Part shown: piece after piece, positions 38,201 through 50,705 of the stretch
How positions within the stretch are numbered: the first letter of the stretch is position 1
How the letters are laid out: every line of letters starts with the position of its first letter
From: Azolla caroliniana
Lineage: Eukaryota > Plantae > Polypodiophyta
Length of the DNA: 64,000 bases
Direction of reading: 5' to 3'
Assembly: GCA_043228905.1 (NCBI GenBank)
Contig: JBHGNT010000012.1
Span: 13,144,001-13,208,000, forward strand
Position numbers and translations under genes: made by a program
The notes under the pieces: model-generated
The model's database searches: none
Told to the model about the DNA's origin: nothing
The model's input: the letters and a program-made list of their open reading frames with translations, nothing else

Positions 38201-40619
38201 TAAGTGATCACACCTATACGGTTCACTTGGCCGATGGAAGAGTACAATACATCAACGAGACGATTCATTCATTAGGAATTTCTATTGATACTTATATAGA
38301 GGAAGTAGACTTCCATGGAATGAATCTTTGTACCACTGATGTAATACTAGGTTATCCCCTGATTTGCCTGAGTTCAAAAAGACAATTCTTTTTGAATGCC
38401 ATGATGCACCCTCAACAGGGTACCCTGGAATACATCGCACACTCGTTCTCATCTCCACTCAATTTTATTAGCCTAAGATGCGTCCTGACATACATAATTA
38501 TGTGACTAAATGTCACCAATGTCAGGTTAACAAAGCCGAACGACTTAAAGCTGTAGGACTTTTACATCCCTTGGACATTCCCAATAATAAGTGGGAAAGT
38601 ATATCCATGGATTGTATTGTTAGCCTTCCTCGCACCTAAAAAGGTCATGATGGCATCTGGGTTGTGGTTGATAGACTAATTAAAATGGCCAAATTTATTG
38701 CTACTAAAACCATTGTAACAGCTACTGAATTGGCTTACCAATTCATTGACGAGTTATTTCGTTTTTATGGGTTACCGATGGATATCGTGAGTGATTGAGA
38801 TCCAAAGTTTACTAGTAACTTATGGACACAAGTCTTTAAGAAGTTAGAAACTACATTGAGCATGAGCTCCATGGATCATCCTCATCCTCAATCTGATGGA
38901 CAAACAGAATGAGTAAATCAAATTATTGAGGATATGCTTCGAGCATATGTTGATACAAAACCAAAAAAATGGGAATGTTATCTCCCAATTTTGGAGTTTG
39001 CTTATAACAGTTCCAAGCATACATTGACGGGATATAGTCCTTTTATGTTGATGTATGGTTTTAAGCCACGCGCATCGATTGATTTTAATATAGATCATGA
39101 TGAATTGCGAACTACGCAAAACTTTCTTCAGGATATGGAAGATATGTTGCATATTGCAAGAGATAATATAAAAACAACTCAAGATAGAGAGCATTTTTAT
39201 GTCGATCATCATAGGAAACCTCGTGTATTCAACCCTGGACAGAAGGTATTTTTATGTGTACCTCAGAATTCTAAGACATTGTCTAAGGGTAATTGCGCTA
39301 AGTTAGCCCCATGATGAGTTACGAAGTACGCAAAATTTCTTCGGGATATGCAAGAGATGTTGCATATTGCATGAGATAATATAAAAACATCTCAAGATAG
39401 AGCGCGTTTTTATGCGGATCATCATAGGCAACCTCGTGTATTCAACCCTGGACTGAAGGTATTTTTACGTGTACCTCACAATTCTAAGACATTGTCTAAG
39501 GGTAAGTGCGCTATGTTAGCCCCATGGCTTTGTGGACCTTTTACAGTCCTCAAACGCGTTGGGTCATCAGCTTATCGTCTCGCTCTTCCCGATGGTGTTG
39601 AAATTCATCCAGTTTTTCATGCGAGTCGTCTAAAAAAACTTCTAGGTTCTGGCAACAATACAATTACAACCGAAACTCTGGTCACTTTTGAAGAATTATC
39701 TTCTAAACCACATGTACCAGAAAGAATTCTCGATGTTAAAACAAAAAAATTACGTATTAAAGAAATCTGAGAATTTAAAATAAAATGGATGGATAAATCA
39801 ATAAAAGATGCCACATGGGAACGTGAAAATACTCTTAGAACTAACTTCCCTAATTTTCCATTGCAAGAGTGCAATCTCTTTAAGAGGGGGAGTATGTTAC
39901 GGGCATGTCCATATAATATCCCGTGGTGAGAATTTACCGTAGTATTCTATACACGTGGATAAGTGTGATGGTTAATGAGAGTGTAAAGAAGGGGGGATTA
40001 CTTTTAATCCTCGGGATTGAGACAACCCATTAGGCCAAGTGTGAACTTGCCTGGGGGCCTTGGGTATCACTATAAATAAGAGGCCTAGTTACCCTAAATT
40101 TATCATCTTTCGACTACGTCAAGACTTTGTTTCTTGGTCGTTTAACTCTTGTAGCGAGCGCGGTAGCACTAGTACAACTCGACGCCACGACTGTCAGGAA
40201 TAGTACTAAGCAGAGATGGAATTAGTACTAAAGAGGAGCAGTACTATTAGTACTAAGAGGACGGGACTGCGTAAGACTCCCGAGAGAGAGAGAGAAAGAG
40301 AGAAGCGAAAGGAGAGATAGCGAGGATGAGAGAGAGAAAGAGAGATGATGATGACAACCAATATATTATGTGAAGGATAAGTACAAAATGGCTAAAAGGC
40401 TTAAGACTGGTGTTGAACCTATTTAGTTCAACATAATGCCTAGTACCCTCTTTTATAGTGTTCTCAGGAATAATCCTAAAGATTCTAGAATGGTCTAGAG
40501 AGATCTGGAATATCCATCAATTTTCTATGATAAAGCATAAATGGAATAATATCCTACCTATTACAATTCATAGTCTAATGGTAAGAGCTCGACCCATGTA
40601 GCATGACACTATCTCCCCC

Positions 40620-43600
40620 TTAAAGACGACGAGTGGAACGAGTCGGCGCTGATTGCGGACCGGGTTTGTCCGGATACTTTCAGTGGAAATCAGCAAGAAG
40701 ATCCTGAGCATTGGCAACATGCTCGACGGGTTCCCAAGTACGTTCGCTTGGACTATAACCGAGCCAATCGACCAAATAATAAAGTTTGTTGCGAACAAGT
40801 TTGGAATCGAGGATGGCAGCAACTTCATACTCTAGGCCGGCGTCCAACTCCAGCGGGGGCGGCGGTGGTGTAACACGATCGGGAATGGTGTTTGCCTATT
40901 ACGGGAAGGACCGAGTCGTCGATAATTCAACTTGTCGCACAATCGATTAGTCTTGATGTGACGACGTAAGAGCCATACTCGAGCTCCGATGGCAAAAGAG
41001 GAGGGAAGTCGATGACAATCCGCGTAAGTCTTCTGCGTCTGTTGAGCATGACGAAGATGAGTCGAGAGATCTATCTGGATCTTGCGTAGTCTCTCCAAAT
41101 GATCCCCGACATGAGGATTGGTAGGTAGCTCCGGGGTGTGGATCACCGACCAGCGAGGATGAGAACCGGTATAAGCGAAAAATGGGGAGACCCGAGTCGA
41201 GGAGTGAATAGCATTATTATACGCAAACTCCGCAAAGTGGAGAATCTTGGCCCAATCGTCCTGTTGATAACTCAAGAAACACCAGAGATATTGCTCCAGT
41301 GTTTGGTTTGTTCGTTCCGCCTGCCCGTCAGTCTGAGGATGGTAGCCGGAGGAGAGGTTGCAGGAGACCTTGAGCATCTTGAAGAGATGCTGCCAAAATT
41401 TGGAGACAAATTGCGGTCCTCGGTCACTGATGATATTATCTGGGAGGCCATGATGCCGAAATACCTCACGCATAACAAGGGTGGCGGTTTCCTCGCTAGT
41501 GATGGCTTTAGTACACGGCACAAAATGTGCCATCTTCGTATATCGATCGACGACGGTTAGGATAGCATCGAACCCCTTCGAGACCGACAGATCTGTGATA
41601 AAATCAAGACAAATAGAGTGCCACGGCTTACTTGGAATCGGTAAGGGTTCCAACAAGCCATATGGATGGTGTTGTGGCATCTTTGCTCGGCAACAAGCAT
41701 CACAGGTCTGAACGTAGTCGTCGACAAAACGGCGCATGTGGGGCCACCAAAAAGATTGCTGCACTAGCTCCAACGTCTTAGTACTACCGAAATGTCCCGC
41801 CGTATGGGTGTCGTGACAATGCTGGACGATTTGAAGGTGACAGGAGCAATCGGGGACATATACGCGCTTTTTAAAGAATAACAAACCCTCATGATATTCG
41901 AATTGTCGGTAGTCAATACCTGGTTGTTGAGACTGAGAACAAGATGCCCGAGAAGTATCAATGTGCGCTAGGATGTCTTGAGCAAAACTATCCGTCTTCA
42001 AGGTTGCACGTATGTCATCGGTAATCCGTGAATCCATCGGGGTGTGAAAAATCCGCGTCGTGTGCAATCGTGTTGGTCCCAAGATTACTTGCTTTTGATT
42101 ATCAAAGGTTGCATCACCAGGACGAGGTGCAAGATATGATCGCCGTGATAGTGCATCTGCTTTTCCTTGCTGCTTCCCCGGTCGATATGTGATTTTGAAG
42201 TCGAAACGCGTGAGGAATTGTGCCCATTGAGCTTGCTGTCGATTTAGTACGCGAGCGTTCTGAAAATAAGCAAGATTTTTATGATCGCTAAAGACAATGA
42301 CTGATGTGGAGAGCCCTCTAAGAAATAACGCCATTGCACAAATGAATCCATGATGGCTAATAACTCTTTGTCATGTATTTCGTAGTTGATTTCTGCGACA
42401 TCAAATTTGCGCGAATGGAAAGCCACCGGATGCAACTCTTCTTTATCGCCTTGTTGAGAAAGGATGCTACCGAGGGCGAAATCTGATGCGTCGGCCTCCA
42501 TGATGAATGGTTTGCTTGTATCCATATGAGCTAGAATCGGTGCTGATGTAAAGGCTTTCTTAAGGTGCCGAAAAGCCATATCTGCTTCTATGGACCAAAG
42601 AAATGCTTGGCCCTTCTTCGTAAGTTGTGTGAGAGGTAAAATAATCTTCGAGCAATCCTGTATAAACTTATGGTAGAAGTTAGCAAAACCTAGAAAACAT
42701 TGTACATCTCGTACCGACCGTGGAATTTGCCACTCTAGTACAGTTTGGATTTTAGCTGGATCCATGGCGATGCCTTTTGAGGAGATGACGTAGCCTAGAA
42801 ATTCCACTTGCTTGCAGTCAAAGCTACATTTTTCTAGCTTGGCATAAAGACCATTCTCGCGGAGTCGCTTTAGTACTAATAGTACATGAGAATCGTGCTC
42901 TTCCTGGGTCTTCGAATAAATCAATAGATCATCTAGATAGATGATCAAACAGATATCCAAGAGGTCTCTGAATATATCATTTGCCATGTGTTGGAAGACT
43001 GCGGGTGCATTGGTTAGGCCGAACGACATAACAGTATACCTGAAATGCCCATACCGCGTGCGAAAGGCGGTCTTCCATTCATCTCCCGGTCGGATCCGCA
43101 CGAGGTTATACACTCCTCGTAGGTCGATTTTAGTAAAAAACTTGGCACCATTAACTCGCTCTAAAAGACTTGATATAAGAGGAAGTGCATACCTATTCCA
43201 GATGGTGACTTTATTCAATCCGCGGTAATCAACGACGAGACGAAGTGAGCCATCTTTCTTCTTGACAAAGAAGATGGGTGCACCGATCGGAGATTTCGAA
43301 TGACGGATGAACCCGCTTGCCAAGTTCTCCTCTATGTAGGCTCGAAGGACTTCTAATTCGGTGGGTGACAAGTTGTAAATTGGTCCCCATGGTGGCTTGG
43401 TTCCTGGTTGTAAATCGATGGGACAGTCATAGGGACGGTGATGAGGAAGGGTACCGGCTTTTACCTTGTCAAATACATCGGCATAAGGATGATATTTTGC
43501 CGGAAGTTGTACTGAGGAGTCCTTATGTTACGGGCATGACCATATAATATCCCGTGGTAAGAATTTACCGTAGTATTCTATACACGTGGATAAGTGTGAG

Positions 43601-44560
43601 GGTTAAATGAGAGTGTAAAGAAGGGGAGGATTACTTTTAATCCTCGGGATTGAGACAACCCATTAGGTCAAGTGTGAACTTGCCTGGGGGCCTTGGGTTT
43701 CGCTATAAATAAGAGGCCTAGCTACCCTCATTTGATCATCTTTTGACTACATCGAGACTCTGCTCGTGTGGTGGGTCAACTCTTGTAGCGAGCGCGCCAG
43801 CACCAGGTACGACTCGACGCCACGGCGGTGGTATGGGACGCCGATCGAGGCTCGAGTCCGTCTCGATCCCTTCGCTCGGGGGTGGTCGGGTGGATCGGCA
43901 CCCTTCTTTCTCTTTCTCCTTTCTATCTATCTTTTCATTATCCTTATCTTAAGCTTACGTTAGTACCAAGATCTATAATACCTTAATAGTGCTGGAAGGA
44001 TGTACTGATATGGCAAATAGGAACATTGCCTCCTTGGGTCCTTCTTCGCGTAGTTGATGGAGTGAAATGGTCGAAACTCGGTGAGTTGATTCTTGGGGTG
44101 GTTGATATCAGACTTGTGTTCTCCAATCTATGGCTGGATTATGTAATTCAAACCAAGGAAATCCTAGGACAATGGGATGCTCTGGACTACTAATTATATT
44201 AAATGATATTATACACACAAAACTACCTAGGACAACTTGAATGGGTTCTGATTCTTCTACAATATTCCCGGAAGAAATGGGACGACCATCAATGACTACT
44301 ACAGATGCGGGACAAGGAAGTTTTCTTAAGGATATCTGAGAAGCTTGGGCAAAATTTCGATCCATGAAACAGGAATTAGCTCCGGAATCTAAAAGTGCTA
44401 GGACGGGTACTGGGGGAGTACTTTTAGTACTAACAATGACTTGGGCTAGGAACACATTGCTAACTTGCTTGGAAGGAATGGAACCACTAATGGGTTGTAC
44501 AAATCTAGGGCTGCTGTCCAACCAAACGGCTCCTATTTTGGCTGGAGTCAATCGTTTAAC
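40620..44560 (-). pseudogene. pol of B (PR, RT, RH, IN, chromodomain), interrupted by a solo LTR and frameshifts
   Basis: ORFs 44108-44551 (LLDSGANSCF), 42244-43371 (IYLDDLLI), 40832-42334 (HDTHTAGHFG..C..C, SDRGPQF, DGQAE). Confidence 0.93.
43526..43980 (+). mobile_element. Family A solo LTR (455 bp) inserted in B pol
   Basis: TGTTACGGG...CTATAATA flanked by TSD CCTTA. Confidence 0.97.
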
Positions 44561-45705
44561 TCTTCATCTAATTGACTAAGGATTTCAAATTTATTTGAGA
44601 TACTTGGACTATTAGTACTATGAATACTATCTGACACTCTATTAGTACTATTAATACTATCAGACACTCCGAAGGGAAGAATTGACTCGGGTTTAGTACA
44701 AGCGACGATTTGATTTACCTGTCTTCTTGGCCTATGGGGACAATTGATGGCAATATGTCCTGGTCCACCGCAATAAAGACATAATCGATTGGCACGTCAT
44801 CATTGTTTTTCTTCTTCCGATAACGGGCCGCGTCGACGCGTGGTATCGATCTCCATTAGTGTCGAAGTATTTGCTTGAGGTATGTCTCGTGCAAACGGTT
44901 TAGCCGCGACTGCGGCGTAAGTGGGCTCCGGCCTAGAGCGTGGTATCTGTAATTGACGTTTTGAACGCCGTTCGAAAAGGCGGTTGTCACATCGGACTGC
45001 TCGACTGATTGCCTCCGTAAGAGACTTTGGTTCTTCGGGGAAAGTTAGAAGTAGATCTTTGACATCGTTTCGCAAGCCATAGCGAAACTGCTCCATTAGT
45101 GCTTGATCATCCCAGGGTATATCTGAAGCAAGTAGGCGGAAATCCGCCGCGTAGGCAGAGGCTGGACGATCGCCTTGACGCAATCGCCGGATCTTGTGGA
45201 TCGCCGTCCTGATGTTGTCGGTGTCTCCAAAGCAGGCTTTAAACTCACTAATAAAATCTTCAAAGTTATTAAGCAAGGGCGATTGTTTTTCTAGAAGCGG
45301 AGTGAACCATGCTAAGGCTGAGCCGCTAAGCAATGTGCCTATTAAGCCGACTCGGGATGCATCATTAGGATAACGTGAAGGATGCATTTGGAGGACTAAT
45401 CGTACCTGATTAAGGAATCCCCTGAATTGCGATCGCGTTCCATCAAATTTCACAGGAAGTCCAATCTTCGGCTCTTTATGAAATCCTTGGGGACTTGATC
45501 CTTGTTGTTGCAATGCCGCTTCCAGTTGTTGCATCCGTAACGCTAACTCCCCATGCTGTTATTGCGTTTGTTGTTTTTCTAGAGCGATTTGTTGCAGATC
45601 CCCTATCAGCCGTTGGTTTTCTTGTTCCAAGGCAACAAATTTTTCTTTTAAGCATTGTAGCTCGGAGAAAACGGATTGATATTCTTGGGCGCTAACAGTA
45701 GCCAT
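44548..45705 (-). pseudogene. gag of B (Ty3-type capsid with CLYCGGPGHIAINC knuckle), premature stop at about 44800
   Basis: ORF 44800-45534; the frame continues through the knuckle to ...LDEELND* at 44548. Confidence 0.88.
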
Positions 45706-47959
45706 AGTATAGGGAAAAAGGGTTGGAGGATGAGGGAGAACGACAAGTAGGTTGGAGAAAAAACAAATTGGTTCAAACTGTCAGGAATAGTACTAAGCAG
45801 AGATGGAATTAGTACTAAAGAGGAGCAGTACTATTAGTACTAAGAGGACGGGACTGCGTAAGACTCCCGAGAGAGAGAGAGAAAGAGAGAAGCGAAAGGA
45901 GAGATAGCGATGATGAGAGAGAGAGAGAGAGATGATGATGACAACCAATATATTATGTGAAGGATAAGTACAAAATGGCTAAAAGGCTTAAGACTGGCGT
46001 TGAACCAATTTGGTTCAACATAATGCCTAATGCCCTCTTTTATAGTGTTCTCAGAAATAATCCTGAAGCTTCTAGAATGTTCCAGAGAGATCTGGAATAT
46101 ACCTCAATTTTCTATGATAAAGCATAAATGGAAATAATACCCTACGTATTACAATTCATAGTCTAATGGTAAGAGCTTGACCCATGTAGCATAAGGTCAT
46201 GGGTTCAAGTCTTGCCATATCATGACAACGACGGTGGTATGGGACGCTAATCGATGCTCGAGTCCGCCTCGATCCTTTCGCTTGAGGGTGGTCGGGTGGA
46301 TCGGCACCATTCTCTCTCTCTCTCCTCTCTATCTAGATCTATCGTTTATCCTTATCCTTTGCTTACATTAGGACATATCTCTAAAAGCTAACACTTGATC
46401 TTTCGTCTTCAGTGGTGAGACCCACAATTTCCGGTTGTGGTCATCCATGAACGTCACGAAGTACTGTGATCCGGCATGTGACTTCGTGTCCACTTGACAC
46501 ACATCGGTATGCACCAGCTTCAGTGGTGCATTCCGTCTCATCGGTGGTCTTGACTGGAAGGAGGTTCGGTTTTGCTACCGGCCAAGGAATCAATGCACTT
46601 CTCAAGTTGCACGTCCTTCACCTGAATGAGTTTGTCTTCGGCAAGCCTCTTCATCCCCTTCTCACTCATGTGACTTAGTCTTTTGTGCCACAACTCACCG
46701 GCACTGTCGGATGCTACATTCACTTCTTCCCGGCATATCCGGACATTCATCAAGTACAATGTGTTGATCTTCCAGGCTTGAGCCACTATCAAGCTTCCCT
46801 TGCTGAATTTCATAACACCGTTCCAGATGCTACCTGTGTAGCCTTCATCATCTAGCCGACCGATTAGTTGGAGCCAGTGAGCTTAAACATGCCGCCGAAC
46901 GATTCTTCCATTTCATGTGTTGTTCGCTCTGATACCAGTTTATGAGGAATAGTGTGGAATATCGCTCAGCCATAACCGAGTCTTGAATCACAGAAATGGG
47001 AAAGAACGAGAGAGTACACATAAATGCCACAGGATGTTTACGTGGAAAACCCGAATAGGGAAAAACCACGGGAGTCCACAAACTCAAACTATCACTATGG
47101 GAGAAAGGTACAATTAGAGCCTCGGAGGCAACAACCTCGAGCTCTGTATCTTCACAAACTGGCGGTTACAACAGAGTATCTCTCTGGATCTCACACACTC
47201 TCTCTGTCGCTTTCTATACAATAGTTACAATAGTATGACGACAACAACCATTTACAAAGTGATTGCCCCAAGTCATATTTATACTTATATGAACTTAGGG
47301 ATATTTACAAATATAGCCTCAATAGGCTTATTGAAAACATATTTACAGATATATCTTCTCTTCCGGTTCTCACTGGGTCTCCTCCGGTTTTCGGATCTCT
47401 TCCGGTTGTCACCGGGTCGTCTTTATTCATCACCGGATCCCATCCGGAGAGACCGATTTCCCAACAAAAGTATCATGTATGCAATGGTGGCGACCCATCC
47501 CAACCTTGCCTACACCGTAGGGGTCGTCTGCCGGTACATGTCGAACTCAGGACGGAAGCATTGGGAAGATGTCAAGCACATCTTTAGGTATCTGAGAGGA
47601 GCCAAGGATGCACAACCGACTTTTGGATCGACCAATCCGACTAAAAGCAAAGGTTATACCAACTCCGACGATGCTGGAAATACGGACAAGGGTAAAAGTA
47701 TGCGAGTGAAAATACTATTATAGTTAATTAGCTACTAAAATGTCCACAACTAATTAGCTATTTTGTTTAGCTAGTTTTTTGTGGGCAAATCATAAGGATG
47801 GTTTATGAAATTTTATGTTTTATTAGTTAAATACATGTCATTTAATTTATGAGAATACTCAAATATTTGAACTTTGATTTCTAACATAGTGGAACTTGGG
47901 GAATAGTGCCATCATCTAAGGTCGACTTAAATGTCATCAAATTCTTGATAATCCTGAGT

Positions 47960-50349
47960 ACGAGTTTGAACTCCAAACAGATGGAGTACTTTGAGCACGA
48001 ACGCAGATGAAGCTCCTGCAACAACACAAAAACTTTGAGATCGACATTGCACCTTCAAAGCTACAACACATGACCACTTCGATCCTCGTCTAGGTATGTA
48101 TCAGTTACATATTAAATTATTATTATTTTTTCCTTTCTGATAACTGTCAATAACTTTGGTGCCTATTCATCTTTCCCAAAAATCGAATAGGGTGAAGTCG
48201 TTGGAGTTCCAAACAAGGATGTCTCGAAGATCAGGGTGTAGCAGCAACAAGTGTGTTTCTGATTGACAGAATTTCGTATTACGGTTGATTTCTGTCTTTA
48301 TTGATGATTAGGGTTTGTGTTTTCATTAAGTGGTTTAGGGTTTTTGATTACAAATTTCAGATTACAAGTTTCTGGTTAAAAAATTTCAAATTTCAAATTT
48401 TAGATTACAAATGTCAGATTACTGTCGCAATGTGTTATAATTTTGCACGAATTCTCATGACAAATTCTGATTAGGGTTTTTGATTTTTCAAGTGGTTGAT
48501 TTTTGATACATGTTGAAAAGGACGGATTACAAATTTCAGATTACTGTCTCAAAGTGTTGTAATTTTACACCAAATTCATATTAAAAATTCTGTTTTTGCA
48601 CCAATTCTGATTACTGATTTTCTATTTCAGGTGGCTCATTCCTCCCTATCCTATAGTGCTGAACTTCGCAAAATTTTGTGAGACAAAGGAGGACTTTCAC
48701 AACATATATGGTCTATCGCTCAAGGGTATTAACCTTGCTATTCTAACAAATAGATTGATTAGTGATGTAGACTGGATGTCGTCGTACAGGTCCGGTTGTA
48801 CATGCTTGAGCTTGACCTTGCCTTTCACTCTAGGCACTTTATATACTCACATCCAGTCTACATCACTAATCAATCTATTTCAAATTTCAGATTACTGTCT
48901 CAAAGTGTTGTAATTTTGCACCAAATTCATATTAAAAATTCTGTTTTTGCACCAATTCTGATTACTGATTTTCTATTTCAGGTGGCCCATTCCTCCCTAT
49001 CCTAGAGTGCTGAACTTTGCAAAATTTTGTGAGACAAAGGAGGACTTTCACAACATATATGGTCTGTCGCTCAAGGGTATTAACCCTACTATTCTAACAA
49101 ATAGATTGATTAGTGAAGTAGACTGGATGTGAGTATATAAAGTGCCTAGAGTGAAAGGCAAGGTCAAGCTCAAGCATGTACAACCGGACCTGTACGATGA
49201 CTACATGAGATTGCACTAGAAAGTACATCAAGAGGTCCTAGTCAACAACGAGTTGTCCGTTTCAATTACCAGAGCTTTTGCATACGAGTATTGCAAAACA
49301 ACGAAGGAATCTCGTGACCCTGAAATGTACAGGGTAGCTTGGGCAATTTATGGTGAGACATCGGTAGAAAGATGCCGGAAGATGGTGAGGTTGCAACAAA
49401 AAATGACAAGATTTTGGAGCATGGCAGTTGATGATGCAACTGCCGACTCCCACCAAACCCGCAAGTATACACCACTCCGATACACAATGAAAGCCAATGT
49501 CAATGATACAGGTGAGACATTGATTAACCATATGCTAAAAAATGTCCATGAAATTTGTGAGACATTGGAGTTTTTTAAGACTGATTTAGAGAAAGCAACA
49601 TTGGCTGCTGCGATGGAGAGCAAAGTCCCTTTGGTAGTTACAACAATCAGAAATAAGATTCAGGTACCTATTGTTTTGCTAGTATGTAATATGTTATAAA
49701 TAACTTGTACATGAAAATGTGCTAGTGAGACATTATCTAGAATAGGTTGCTCAACATGAGCTTGAAATTGAGGGGTCGCTAGATGGATCCCCAACGGAAA
49801 ATTCAACTACAGACAAAGATCTACGTTCTTTCAATGAACCTGGACCTTCTTGGTGTAAATATTGTTGTTGATTACAATTTGGACAAGCTACAAGTAAGTT
49901 AATGATTCTTGTTTCTTGTTGTTGTATCTTCCTCATTAAGGAATAATTAATTGGTAAATTTCTCGGGTGCATTGAAGGAACAATACTCCCGTCAAGAACA
50001 GATAGTTAGCTGCCTTAAGAAGTAGCTACATTTTGTGTAGGGGATGGTAAGGAGCAGACAAGAATTGGACCTGAACATTCTTGCTTCCTTACCAAATAAA
50101 GGAGAACTAGGAAACAATATATTGACTGTTCAAGCATGTTGCATCACTTCCGGATTACGTGTAGAGGACAAAACTACTACTCTATTGGTTCACCTACAAC
50201 CATGCCAACACACATACCATATCGTTTGTTTTCAATATGCTTGTGGCATTGCTGCATTTTGTTTGGGGGATTGCAGTACAACTCTCCCAGATGAGTGGAG
50301 AAAACTAACAGGTAAAATTGCTGCTTATGATCGTAGTGTAGCTAATTAG
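47960..50349 (+). pseudogene. Multi-exon gene remnant ending in a RING-H2-like domain
   Basis: GT-AG sites (TAG|GTATGT about 48093, TTTCAG| about 48630/48981, CAG|GTACC about 49663); last exon has CC...QPCQHTYHIVC...C-x3-C; stops are present. Confidence 0.55.
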
Positions 50350-50705
50350 TTACATCTTTGCTAATTAGGTAAGCCGTATAAAGTGTGGAAACAATTTAGT
50401 TGTTACGGTTGTAGTGTAGTAGCTAATTAGCTAACATGTAGTTAATTAGCTAAGTGGTAGCTAATTAGCTAGTACCATACTTTATTTGAGTAGCTAATTA
50501 GCGAGGTGGTAGCTAATTAGCTAGTACCATACTTTATTTGAGTAGCTAATTAGCGAGGTGGTAGCTAATTAGCTACTACCATACTTTAGCTGAGTAGCTA
50601 ATTAGCTAAGTAGCTAATTAGCTAAGTGGTAGCCAATTAGCTACTACCATAGTTTAGTACAGTAGCTAATTAGTTAAGTGGTACCTAATTAGCTACTAGC
50701 CGAGT
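50335..50705. repeat. Tandem array (about 52-bp unit) built from the TAGCTAATTAGCTA palindrome
   Basis: AGTACCATAC recurs at 50471 and 50523; more than 10 palindrome copies. Confidence 0.9.

Larger units (their letters stand above)
40192..46227 (-). mobile_element. Full-length Tcn1-like chromovirus B
   Basis: LTRs 40192-40608 and 45779-46227, TG...CA, TSD ACGAC, PPT 40609-40622; group I chromodomain EYEVAAILDS...YYLVDWLGY...TWEP at about 40680-40832. Confidence 0.95.
35233..46386 (+). mobile_element. Family A copy A3: non-autonomous deletion derivative lacking RT/RH; 3' LTR split by B
   Basis: 5' LTR 35233-35697, PBS TGGTTTCAGAGC 35700-35711, 3' LTR 39895-40191 plus 46233-46386; the host D integrase frame (KDQV|LSVF) resumes. 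Confidence 0.9.
32278..47466 (-). mobile_element. Tnt1/Tork-like Copia D, gag and protease deleted, hosting A3
   Basis: LTRs 32278-32765 and 46941-47466, PBS 46926-46937, PPT about 32768-32777, imperfect TSD GAAGT/AAAGT. Confidence 0.9.
31993..47695 (+). mobile_element. Old host Copia RT/RH fragment split by element D (pieces 31993-32277 and 47472-47695)
   Basis: FAMKELGQARHILGM...AVGS | IMYAMVATHPNLAY...WEDVKHIFRYL continues across the D insertion. Confidence 0.8.

Noticed and set aside
44568-44718. Intron joining gag and pol of B (CAG|GTAAAT...TTAG)
   Set aside because: gag is open across the interval and that splice runs into a stop codon; a -1 frameshift explains the frames better
48305-48480. 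Interstitial telomere
   Set aside because: Only three dispersed TTAGGGTTT motifs in an intron-like region, not a tandem array
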